From positions 683,808 through 747,807 of the forward strand of contig NMRA01000131.1 of the NCBI GenBank assembly GCA_002633005.1: DNA of 64,000 bases. The letters are read 5' to 3'. The stretch is from Phoronis australis. Taxonomy: Eukaryota > Animalia > Phoronida. The translations under genes were made by a program, and so were the position numbers. The notes below the pieces were generated by a model. It saw only the letters and a program-made list of their open reading frames with translations. It did not search any database and had not been told where the DNA came from. This document shows, piece by piece, positions 1 to 13,100 of the stretch. Each line of letters opens with the position of its first letter. Positions within the stretch are counted from its first letter, which is position 1.

Positions 1-230
1 GACTAAGTTTTATTCACTCCTCATGAAAGAAAACATTCCTATCCCACTGATTTGTTGTCAAAAGCAGTAATCATAGAGTTGACCAGCCCACTATGTCAAA
101 AACGGATGTGGATGTTTTTGTGGGACCTTTGAAAATAGTGATAAAATTTTTGGTAAGTAAATGAGGCAGCCAGACATGCTGTTTTTATTTTTTGCAGCTA
201 CAGTCAAGTGAAAACCAGAATGAAATGAGC

Positions 231-560
231 TTTTTTATTCCCTTCCGAAGGTGAAGGGGAAATAGCAATGGTTGGCATCATTCCGTGAATGGTTCCGTGC
301 CTTCTGTGCCCACATGTAACCCTTATCCCAAGAGTGACCCAATGCTGGTAAATGGCATTCCGTTCTCAAGTCTACTCCGGTGATAAAAAGATATTAGGTC
401 TTTCGTCATTACCACCACTTGAGCCTGTAATCAACAAGCTTTACTCGAGACTACTGGAAAATTAACCAATTCGAAACTTCGTCTAAAGTGTTGAAGATGC
501 TTGGCCAATCTTTCAGTGGTGTAGGTTAAAGTTTGGTAGTCTTGGGCCATTTTGAATATC
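231..560 (+). mobile_element. Degenerate 5' fragment of a Helentron/HINE (DINE-1-like) non-autonomous element
   Basis: T-run then ATTCCCTTCCGAAGGTGAAGGGGAAATAG (short hairpin), followed by degenerate TTCCGTG-type microsatellite-like units, as at HINE 5' ends. Right boundary approximate. Confidence 0.35.
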
Positions 561-1023
561 GACTTAATACCTAGTCTTGCAATGTTTGAGTCGGCTGTGT
601 TGTTTCAGTTCACTGTGTTGTTTTTAGCTTATGAAAGTAGGTCAGGCTTGATGAACTATGTAACCATGGCAACTTGTTTGTTAATTACAACAATGTCATC
701 AGTCATCAAGGCTTTATAGTGTTGTTCAGAAAAAAACAAAAAATTTTGTGTTACCTTCATAAAAGACACTAATCATTGGTTATCTTAGGGAGACATTTTC
801 ACCATTAATTACGTTTTGCCCACCTGTATGCTTGCAACAATAGAAAAGTGTCGTAAATGACCCATCAAAAGCAACGCATCTTTTTTCTGCCATTGAGCAA
901 ACATGACTGCCACACTGTTTTCAATAAGGAGTAAGACATATTGTTTGCCCAATGGAAACAAGATGTGCACTCTTTTTTGTAAATTTTATCAAGTAGTCCT
1001 GTGAATTCCTCTTGTTCTTCCAG

Positions 1024-1110
1024 GCACACTTCACATCAAGCAGAAGTTGGGTGAGAGTAGTGACTATTTGTTTTCCAATTTCCTTGCTGGTCTTCTCAGG
1101 TATAATCCAG
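1024..1110 (+). CDS. Kinase exon (TLHIKQKLGESSDYLFSNFLAGLLRYNP)
   Basis: Acceptor cttgttcttccag|, donor CCAG|gtatgt, phase 1-1; a different frame from the listed 1012..1218 ORF. Confidence 0.75.
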
Positions 1111-4100
1111 GTATGTAGACACTACAACAGCACTGTTTACACTGTTTACACGTTTACACACAATGCTTGCCTGAATTGTGTATTTAAACTGGTGTCAAAC
1201 TGCATATTGCATATCTAGCTCTAGCAAACCTTAAAATTTCCTTTATGTGTATCAGTTGTGCATGATTTTTCGCTTTCCATCTTTTGTGTTATTGGTTTGA
1301 TTTTTGCATGATCTTATAGCTTATTAGTGAAAAATCTCACTGATTTAAGGCAGACTTTCAGCTGAAATCAACTTTCTTGTACTGGTTACTGCGCCACCTT
1401 GTGATGTAATGTTGCAACCAGAACAAGGGTATAAAGTCAATCTACGGAAACCCAAAAAGTGATTACAGAATGGCATTTTCAGATATTTGAGGAATAACAA
1501 AAGTCTAACTGAAACATTCCAATACAAGCTGATTTTAGGTATTTGAAAAAATATATGAAAATTATTGAAACTGACCATTTACTTTGTGCTCTCATTCAGT
1601 TCTGCAGTTATTATATTCTTAATTTAGTTATAACTGAACTGCGCTAACTGAAAGTGCTGTGAGAAGTCTGACTTTTGTTGGTTTAAGGTTATCTGAAACT
1701 TTATTTAGTATCCTCCATTCTAATTTCGTCAACTAATAAAAGTAAATATTTTTTTTTCCACACAATGAGCTATCTCATGGATTTTACACAACACGCGCTG
1801 GAGACTGATACAAAGCCAAGTAAGAAATGGATAACAGAAATCAAGTCGGTGATTTAAGCGCGTCGTTAGCATAAGATCAAAACAATGAAATGTGAAATTG
1901 AAGGAATTTGGGTGAGGATTTATCTCTTTTCACAACTTGCTGTGTTCGTTACCACAGAGTCACAGAGGTGTGAGGCAACTCGGAGCATTCCTTCTCAGTG
2001 GTCGTATGCATGTAGATGAACAACTCCCTCATAATCAAAACTACATTTTGTCTTTGTTTTCCCTAGCACTATTCTATGATATGTACACCTCATTGACTCA
2101 ATATTATAGTGACTTGGTGAATGAAAGGACTGAGGTACATACGAAGCGGCTCTGTACCTAGCAGGAGATTCAGTTTAAGTGACAGCCCTGTAATCTTTGG
2201 CCTCGGTTAAATAGTACACAAATATCCACGTGGTTTTGCGGTTCCAAGGTGGTTCTGCTAAATCTTTTTTTCTCGCTACACGGTATATACTTCGTACTTG
2301 AAATTCCCGGAGAATGAAGATAAGGTATTTTGCTAGATATCTGTGGCCATATGGCCAATTTTTTTGAATAAAGTTTGAGATATCCTTAAACATGTTTGTG
2401 ATTGAGAACATGAGAGTTTGAATATTTCAGTATACCAGTTTAATGTTTCTTGCCAACGAGGGTGAAAACTGGTTAACTTATATCTCAACTTTACTTTGTA
2501 CACACGGCACAAGTTATTGTCTTGCCTTCAACATAATCGGGGCATGACAGGGACCCACAGCTTGCAGAGACAAAGTAAAACATGGCACCATTATCATCTT
2601 TGTAGCCAGCCGTGTCCCCCTCAGGAGCCTCATCCACACAGACATAGTTGTAGTTGTTCTTATGTCCATAATGGCCCGTCATCAGGTAGCCCTGGTATTC
2701 AAGAGTCCAGCCTGCATAGCACTCATTCCTCCCTGGGATCATCAATGTTGACGTGCGAGTTGAACTGTGACATACAGTGCAAGGGACATTCTGATTTATA
2801 AGGTTTCCTTTGTAATTGCTTGACAGAAACTGAGCTGATTCCTGGTACTCAGCACCGTATATTCTGGCACCACATCCAGCATTCTTGTTCCATGTAGGGT
2901 TCTTAGCCAGACAAACATAGTTGGAGGCACCTCCTACATGTTCAAACCATGATCCCCCGGTATAGCCTGAGAAGATGCATCTAATGGCTACACTTGTGTA
3001 TATGATGTCAGCGGTAAAATTTTTAAATTCAATAATCTGTTATTTGAAATAAAAAAGAATATGCATAGTGTTTTATAAGCTCTTCAATGTCGTAAAACAA
3101 TAGCAGCTTTATGGCTTTTTGGCAAACTGTGTTGAACCCTTTAACATCGAGATTTTTCCTCGGTTTGGCTTCAGCTCATTCTCCGAAAAGCTTTCTAACT
3201 GTTGACAAAAATCAAGCATTCAAAAATGGCTACTCAATTGTCATTAATGAATAAAATGGAAGAAGGTCGCAAATATTGTAATTTCGCAGGAATGTGGCCA
3301 GATTTGAGTTTTCTGAGAGGTTGTAACTGAAAGGTAAAAGCTAATTTTCCCACATAAGGAATATGCCAAGGAAGTAAGAAGCCTCAAAAATTTTGTCGCC
3401 AACAATATTGTTGGTAGATATTGGCTACTTTCTTAGCTTTATTCTATGTGCAACTTAGGAATAACTGCATTTTAATAGAAATTCATGAACAAAACACATC
3501 TTTGGTAAAGATCTGTTTACTTTCGTGCATGCAAAAAGCTGGTAGTTTCCACCGACAATGTTCACGTTAGACACTGTTTGTGTAGTCGGCGGCATGCTTG
3601 AATCCGCCAGAGACACTTTCTCAATATTTCTTGCGAAATGAAGTAAAGTGTACTCCTTCAGTTAAACGGTTTATTCTTTGGTATTTCTTAACCATTTTGC
3701 CTCAAAATCCTTCGATGCTTTCGTGTTTCTTATTCAGAAAAATATCTCAGGAAAGTGTCTACTAGTCTAATTGATGACACTACTGCGACTGACACCTGGC
3801 GATTGGTTAATTTGCAGGGCCACATCTCAAGCAATAATGAGCTGTCAGATGTTTCCAAGACCAGAAATTACATCTAATTTGATTTTAAATGAAATTAATG
3901 TCACACTTGCTTAGTGGCTATTGTACAATTATCTTTTAGTACTTCATGTACTGCACACAGGTGAAGTAATCACAAATATGTATAATGGTGAAACTAAAAT
4001 CATTACCAACATAGACTTCATTGCTGTCAGAACCACATGATCTTCGACCCCACCGGGTGTAGATGGCTCCACCTACAGTTGGAAAATGAGATGTTTTTGA

Positions 4101-7100
4101 GTTGTGCCTTTTTGTGACACGAATTCCTTTATTTTGCGTTAGGGGAATTTGTTGAGTTTATGTAAACTGTCAGATGTTCATCGTGTTTCCTTAGTGGCTG
4201 TGCAACCATGACTGCTTATGTTCCATTGTTTTAATGGGCAGGCAGTAGTGTTTTGTGTAATGTTTGGTTAAATTAAGATTTTTTTGTTATCCTATATATT
4301 TTTTTCAAGTTCTTTAAATTCCCCTGGGTTCTAAGCAATTATGGATACAAGGTTGGCTGGTGGCCTGAATCATTTCCCACCATCTTTGTTTACATGCACT
4401 TTGGTTTGTGTTTAACATTGTGTATATCATTGTGTAACTGGTGTGACCGCTATTTGTCTGGAAGTTGGGATGTAACCTCCATGAACTCTTGAAGAGTATA
4501 GGAGTTCTTTTTCTCACAAATTTCCAAAGGAATTGACTTGTTTGTGTAAGGAACGCCGTCTTGCCACACTGCCGATAAAATGATGCAAAACTATTGTGTG
4601 TGCGGCAAAAATTGGCAAACGTTTTCTACCGTCGGATTACGAAAGAGACATGTAAGCAGAGTTCAAGAAGTTATCTGCTAAACATGCTCTGAAGAAGGAT
4701 GCCATATCACCAGTATTTCCCTTCTCTGCTCCCACTTGGTGGGAGGGCTTTTTAAACACCAAGTGCTGCAAGCTGCAGCCACTGAAGTGACTCAAGGTCA
4801 TGAAGTTGGTGTTCACATGGCTGTGGTCAGTTACTGCAGCCTTCAAGGACGGCATTCTACACAGCTTTACCAAACTGACTCCAAGCATTTCCGTTGACTC
4901 TAGAACAAACAATAGTTAAATCCCACTCAACTGAGTTCTAGTTCAATCTAGGTTTGTCCGAGAATACTCATCGAAGGCAAATGATTACGGTAGTTTTAGA
5001 ATGATTCGAGCTGCGATCGTCACTTCCGGAGGGACATGTGCATTAGTAATTGGATTCTTGGGGAATTCATGTAACCTGAAAATTTATTTTTGGATAACCA
5101 GAAACTCCGTAATTTAACCAAAAATAACATTAAAAGGGTTGCCTTACTTTTAAAAATGTCTTGTCTTCGCCCATATTTTAACAAAAATTGGGTGTAAATC
5201 TTTCTGTCTCTATTTATTTATACAGAATTCTGCAATGGTTGTTTACTGATGACAATGTTATGCTTGATACTGAAATACTTATTCTAAGATGTGAACAGAA
5301 CAACAAGTCAATACATAGATTTGTAACAAAGGTAACTCAGAACATGTAAATACTGCTGTTAGAAAGTGATGTGTTTTGTTACCTGCTCACTGTGGTTTTT
5401 TAGCTTCTCTTCTGTGTCTGTTTACAACTTCATTCTGAAAGTAGTTCATGTCTGTTTTGATCATTATGCATTGTGTACGAACTGTCTGCATTCAATTTGT
5501 TTAAATGGGACAAGAGTGGCAGAGGAAGAATTTTTTGCGAAACTGAACATCTGTACTGACGACCACCAAACTTTACCCAGACCCTTAAATTACTCAGAAA
5601 CTTTTACTGCATTCTTGTAATCACATAAGTAAGACTAAAGGAATGGCAATCAGCAAACTTCACTCAAGTCTGAAGAACTATTCTCTAGTTTCTATGGAAA
5701 TCTTTAGCGCTATAAAACAAGAAAACAAAAGTGCATTTTGAAATCTGGCACCCTACAGTCATCAAATTTGAAGTTTTCTTGTAAAGGTATGAGCAAGATC
5801 ATTGTTGTCTTAGGGTTTTTTGAATGGAAAAGTTGAAGCTATGTACTCTGTAAATGGAATTTCATTTATTTATACTTAGCTAGGTAGCAGTTGTGGAATG
5901 CTTAAGTATCAAAACCCATCAATTTTGACAGACTGGCTAACCTTTGTCTGCTTGATGTCAGTGGCTAGTGATATGCAAGTTACTTTTGATGATGGAAACC
6001 CAAATGATGTGAAGGAGAGTATATTAAAGATCTGTTTATTGGACTAAAATGGAGAATTTTGGGCTTTTTACTTTATGCCCCGGAATGGAAATGTGTCTTA
6101 ATGCTTCAATAATTTTGATTACATAGTCATTATAGTTTGCAGAAAGAGCTTGTGAGTGAGGATTTTTTCTTTTCAAATGTGAAAGTTATTAATAAATGAT
6201 TACAAATTTTGAGAAAATCAAAATCACATGTTCTCTGTTTCTTTTACATTTTTCAGTTGACTGCAGTGTCTAATTTTTTTTTAAAACACCCTTTTTATTT
6301 TTAGCCAGTGTATAATTGATACAAACGGTACTTTTGTAAATATTTTATTTACCTGACTTTCATCAGCTTGATGGTTGTGTCCAGCAGGTGTCTCCAGCAT
6401 CTGCACACGTTGCGATATGTGCATGTTCCAAACAACCAATGCAAATACTACCAGTACAATTAACCATTTCACAACACTGTTAACACGTTTACACACACTG
6501 CTAGTCTGAATCATGTTTTCCAGTCTGGTGTCTGAATGTGAAATGTAACAATCAGAACGTTCACTGGTTTTTATAGCTAATTTTCAGGTCATGGTTGTCA
6601 GACAAACCTGATGCACACCATGTTTATAATTTATGTGCTCTGCTCTGATGTTTGGAGCTCCACTCCAAGAATCCTTGTTGTTGGAGAGTAGTATCAGGTG
6701 AAAATCAGAATGTGTGTGTGTGGGGGGGGNNNNNNNNNNNNNNNNNNNNNNNNNNNNNNNNNNNNNNNNNNNNNNNNNNNNNNNNNNNNNNNNNNNNNNN
6801 NNACACACCCCACCCTGGACAGGCCTGTTAGCTGCCAGTGGTGTTGTAAGCAAGTTTAAAGAGTCACCAATACTTGCTTACTTCACCTGGGGGATCAAAA
6901 TGCTGATCAGGGCTTCAAGAGGCTGAGTCAAGGTCTCAGATTACTGCAGCGACTTCTTCCAGAATTGTAGTGTGGTTTAAAGTACTTAAAACCACCAATT
7001 TCATATAAAAACAACAAAAGAACCACCACCAATCAAGTAGCTGTCAAATTAGAACGCCCTCGAACACCATTTGACAATAGGTCAATTAGCTGATCTGGAG

Positions 7101-10100
7101 TATCGAGCATTTATTGGTGGATACAAACTAATCAGCACCAGTCATCTTCCTTTTTGTTTAGTGTGAATAGTCTTCAGATATTGCTGCTTGTTTTCCTGTG
7201 GTTTATGGTACAATAAAGAATGATGAGGAGTTGTTTTTGTGGTTGTTTGTGACAACTCAGTAATTGACCCTGCTGTGACTCTTTTTACTTTCACGCGGAA
7301 CATCAGAAAACCTCGGATATGACATAAGTTTGCGTGAAAAACTCTCATGTTGGTAGACATGACACACTGGCACTGGTTGAGTTCATACGTCATACTCGTG
7401 TCAGTGAAGCTAAGAAATTCACTTTTCTCATTTTTGATTTATTAAATTCATGGTGATATGTAGTGCTATAAAGGAAGGATTATGATGCTGATACTGTAGT
7501 CACTTGTCAGAACAAGGTACATGGTGCTTTTAAGCACTTTAAGTTGTTGATCTTAAGTCTCATTTCATACTTGAAAATGGTGTTCAGTAACACTGTAATT
7601 TCTGTATTAAGTTAAGACCGAAGACCAAAAACTTACTATGTGTTCATGGCACAATCTTTTCCGAATTTTCTCCTTCCATGTTAGTTTAGATGTATTTTTG
7701 ATCTCAAGTCTACAATCACTTTTCATGAAATGTGCCTCAGATCTTGCACTCATTTTGTAACAAATTTTCAAGTCATGGTTGTCAGCCAAATGTATAGTTT
7801 ATTAGGTGAAATGAAATTCACCAAATATTTTGCTCTGTCGTGAATGTTTTTATTTTATTTTGTTTATTCACACACCGATGGCTACATTTCCTGTCTGACC
7901 CGCGCAAAAGTTGCACATGATGAGCACCTCTTCAATAGCTCAAGGTCTGTTGTTTTTGTCATCTCATCTAAAATGGCTGATCTGGTGGCTATTATGTTTT
8001 CAAAATCACACTCATTAAATCTGCACTTTTCATTATATTGCACCCAAAATCACCAGCTATATGTGCTATGATTGTGAAGCTTTTACAGTTTCTATTTTGA
8101 GATAACAAACGTATCGAGGTATCCCAATTTTTGTCTAAAACACATTTTCTTCAACAATGATCAACTGCAGTTTCTTATCTTGGCTTCTGTCTTAACACCT
8201 ATCTACTGGCAGTGTGACTCGTTATTCACAGAATTGTAAGGATATGTATACAAACCTGCGCAACCTTGACTTTATCTGGTCCTGTAGGTGCCTACACTCT
8301 GTGAAAAAAGAAGTGATCGAAGTGTTTTTGGTTTTTAATACATTTCACTGTTACATTGACATCCGTCTTGCCACTTTTTTACGTTTTTTTTCTCATTTTA
8401 CTGTAAATGTCTGCATATTTGTTGGTTGTCTTCAGTTTGTGTTGAATCCTTTGCGTTATTATGTCGCTCTAACCACCTATTACCACCATCTTCCTTTCAG
8501 ACGAACGTTTCAGCCCCTCTCAGGCAGCCATGCATCCGTTTCTGGCAGCTGAAGTACCATACAGATATCTATTACCTCGACACACCCAGGGTACGTTCAC
8601 AGTTGACATTACCCTTTTTACGGATAGCACACTCTGATGTGTGCTTATTTCAGAGTGCAGATTTGTGGAATGTGAATAAGTTTGCTCAGACACAACAGTC
8701 ATCAAGCTTCGCTTGATACTCGACTCATGTGCCATGCTTTAGCCAAATTTCCAATTTTACTCAATGGGATTGGTCATTTTTTTCAAAAATTACTTACCGT
8801 AATTCTTTTGCATATGATGTCTCGCACTATCCATAAAAAGGTATGTATAGTCATTCTACATAAAATAGTTTCAGAAGATAACAAAGATGCCCGTAGACTA
8901 AAGTGGAGGACTAAAGTCTATTTTTAGCACACGGAATTGGCATTTTTGTGCATTCTGAAATATCCCCAGCCACTCTGCAGTGCCACCTTGTTTTATTTCT
9001 TTGATTAGTTGCTTAGTCGTGCCTGACAGGTATGTTTGTTGTCATGACGACTGGAGCTTTTGATTTGTGTTTGGCTTCCTCAAAGGGCTAAGTAGCATCT
9101 CCACTAGGACATTCATGTGACTATCCTGTTGTTACCTGTCAGTTGTTAAAAACCTATGGCCTCGCTTAAATATCACTGTAGCTGCTGGGGGCAATAGGAC
9201 TAAAGATTTTGTTTTAATGCATGTTGTATAACACGCTGAACTTCCACAAATACGGATGAACTCACGGTCCAAACACTAGTAAAGTGGCTGCTTGGTACAG
9301 TGCTTTGATGGCTATTGGGAATGTTAAATTGTGGTTGTAAATAATGAATAAACACCTACAGTGCTAACTCTGTTATACGTAGTGTCTAATGAATCACTAG
9401 TGTTGTGGACGTCCCTGACTATTTCATTTAAACGTTTTTTAAAAGCATTGATTGTTTGAGATTTAATTCATGAATTGTTAGTGTTGAAAGTGTTTTTTAC
9501 TTTGTCTGCTTAAACCCAATGTTAAGCATACATCCACATTTACATATATGTCTGCATATTGTCGTAATATCAATATAAATTTTTGTGTAGTTTAATTGGT
9601 CTTGCTGATTGTTTGAAAGTGGCACCTGTTGAGGAGATACGTCTAGAACTCCACTATGTGCTGGCAAGCTGTGCCAGGCAGCCTCAGCCTTGCATAAATG
9701 TACTAAGGACGCCTTCGTCATTGGAGACAGTTTTGGTTGAAAATGCTTCATAGTAATCTAATGCATGAAAAAACAAACATTTCTAACGTTGTGGGTTAAA
9801 TTATAGAACTATTTAATAGTAAAGGACAGTTGTATTGGTAAAATGTGAACCTTGATATGCTATTTATTTTACTCCTTGATGCATGCAACATTGTTTGCTC
9901 AGCATTCCGAGACTACATTGGCATGATGATAGTTACTGTCAGTTTATAATCATACACTGTTCTTGTTCCAGGATTTGAAAAGTACTCCTCTGTATTCCTG
10001 TCCAGCCAGCACTACCACTACGCACCTCAAGTGTCGGACTCAATCAGACGTCAGCACCTCAGCTCCTACGAGATTCTGCAGTGTGGAACAAAGTCTGCGC

Positions 10101-13100
10101 AGGATGTTCCTGAATCCTGTAGAAAGGTGGCTCAAGTGGAACCGTTGAAACATGAGATGGTAGTCACTTCGGTCAAAAATGAAGTGGAATTGGATCGTAG
10201 TGCTGCCGTGTCTACAGACGCAGAGCTTCAGTCTCCAGACGAGGAAAGTGTGACAACAAGTGAGGCTGAAGAGTTTAGTGTACTGTTGGGTGCAACATGC
10301 ATAAAACAAATGAGTGATCCTTCTATGTTGTTGAATCCAACACACATTGGGTCATCAATAGACTCAGCAGATAGAGGTATTGTAAATCCGTCAAGTCCTG
10401 GGCGGGTACAGGGAACTCTGGGTAATTCGCATAACTCTAAATGTAGGGGTCAAAAACTGAAGCAAGTGAAATCACTAAAACATCGACCTTCGTCTCGACA
10501 CAACTCTGATTATCGTGACCTACTGAGGTCGATAAATGAACAGCTGTCTTCAGAGACTGAGAGGATAAGTGGTTGTAACTCTGGTGTGTTCAACAGTTGT
10601 GCAGGGTATGATGTTGCATTAACTAATGTGGAGGCCGATTATAGTAGTACAACTGCATCTTTCTCTCAGGCCTTGGGATATGAGTATAGTCCAGTGACAG
10701 GCCATACAGCGAACTCAGACGATGAGTATTACAGTGCAACTAGCCAGGATGTGAATCAGGAGTTAAGCACTAAAGTTTTAGTTAGTGGTAAGCACAGATG
10801 TGCTAATTTGGTTAAAAAAAGACAGAATCTGCAGGAGAAGTTGAGTGTCTTGGCCAACAGAGGTGAGAGAACAGGGCGTGTACCCCAGGATAATTTGCAG
10901 AGGTGGGGTGCAGACAAGGGTTTGGTGAACCGAGACCAGGCGTCACCTGGAAATAAATACAGGAATGATGAATTAGACACTGTAGCTGTCACTTGTGATA
11001 ATAATGATTCAAATCTTTCCAACACTGCACAACTATATAATGATAGAGTAATCAGCTGTGAGTACACTTCTGGTAAACCACATAGTAACATTCCTACGGA
11101 CAAAATGACTGCAAGTGTCGGTGATAATCAACAGAGGACTCTGTGCGTTCAGAGAGCCAGGCAAGGAGTTTCAAATGGCAATATTTCCAAGAAACGTCTC
11201 TACAGACCTGTTCGTAAAGTGGACCACAGGAGAGTTGAAAAAAATAATAAATTATGTGGTAGTATTAGAAGTACCATGGAGTGTATGTCATCAGCAGGTG
11301 TAAATGAATGGACTAGTCACCACAGTAGCAGCGGCAGGGGAGAACCTCATCAGCGCACTGATGTTTCCAGGAAATTTCTGACCACCAAACCTACTGCTAG
11401 CAAATCAGTAAAACTGTCTCCTAAGGAGAATTCAGAGGAGAATGGCAAAGTTTTGGGTGATCCGTATGAATTCGTGGATGATTCGCCATTAAGGAAGCGT
11501 GCACGACGTAGTTTAGATTTTATCTCACCTGTGGCATCAACATCAACGTGTCACCAGGGAATAAAGAGATCAGCATCAACATCGACGTGTCACCAGGGGA
11601 TAAAGAGACCCCCAGCAAGGGAACCCAGTCAAGCCAAGTCTAAAGAAAAGCTTTTACCAGGAACTGTGATTAAGATGGAGAGTTTGGGTGAAACTAAACT
11701 TCAGCATATGCCACGGAGAGCAACTGAATTGAGTTCTCACACTCCTGGCACTGTTACACTGACGTGTCGAAAGGCTGCACTTGTGGCACAGGAGAGAATA
11801 CTGAGGCAAACACCTGAGTTTATGTCCACCTTTCTGAATGACCACTTGAATGTCAGAAACTCTTTCTTACACAATCAGGGAAAATCAGCAATGAAGAAAA
11901 AATTTACAAAAGCCCAAAGGACCGAGTCTCGTAAAACCCCAGGCAAGAAGGGTCGACGACCTAGTGGGGAGGTCACTTTTGTCCAGTCTGATGACTTTGG
12001 TCAGTCTGGTGATGAGATTGAGTTTGTCACAATATCACCATTCACTAAGGGTTGTGGCAATGACCCTGCAGGACTGCCATCTTCGGGTCATGGAGGAAAG
12101 CACTTTGAGGAGACGGGGTTTCTTGGAATACAGGTAAGGCATCAATCATTCAGAACACCTACAGGCAAGTGGTCATATGGGATTGGTGACTTCTACTGCC
12201 ACCTGGTGTGTGGTCATTAACATGGCTTAGCAATTTTTCTGGTGGGAAGGTACAGACAGTGAGTGTTTAGTTGCTCTCTCTTCCTCAAGGGGTCAGTAAA
12301 CCTGTTGGCCATGTGGCTGTTTGCCTATATTTCCCAAAAGCTTCCCAGTCCCACAGTATGGCTTTTATTCAATCTAGTAAGTGTCTTTTTGCAGTGATTA
12401 AATTTGAATTTACCACGTATACCATGCCTTTCTTTGTTTAAAAACAGGAACTCTAGCCATTTCTATGATCCATTTCAGACTGAGGAAAGTAGCGAAGTTG
12501 ATGACTCGTTGTCAAGTAGTGGGCCAGATGATGTAAGTAAAGACTCTCTCACTTTAGCCAGTCACTCAGCTGATACTGGTGACTGTAAGTAAAGACTCTC
12601 ACTTTAGCCAGTCACACACCTGATACTGGTGACTGTAAGTAAAGACTCTCACTTTAGCCAGTCACACACCTGATACTGGTGACTGGAAGTAAAGACTCTC
12701 TCACTTTAGCCAGTCACACACCTGATACTGGTGACTGTAAGTAAAGACTCTCACTTTAGCCAGTCACACACCTGATACTGGTGACTGGAAGTAAAGACTC
12801 TCACTTTAGCCAGTCACACACCTGATACTGGTGACTGGAAGTAAAGACTCTCACTTTAGCCAGTCACACACCTGATACTGGTGACTGGAAGTAAAGACTC
12901 TCACACTTTAGCCAGTCACTCGGCTGATACTGGTGACTGGAAGTAAAGACTCTCTCACTTTAGCCAGTCACTCAGCTGATACTGGTGACTGTAAGTAAAG
13001 ACTCTCCCACTTTAGGCAGTCACACATCTGATACTGGTGACTGTAAGTAAAGACTCTCTCACTTTAGCCAGTCACTCAGCTGATACTGGTGACTGGAAGT

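Noticed and set aside
83-152. Possible further kinase exon ending at the G|gtaagt donor (152/153)
   Set aside because: The phase-1 frame has a nearby stop and no kinase-like residues.
1012-1218. 68-aa ORF with a hydrophobic stretch
   Set aside because: Wrong frame of the kinase exon 1024-1110.
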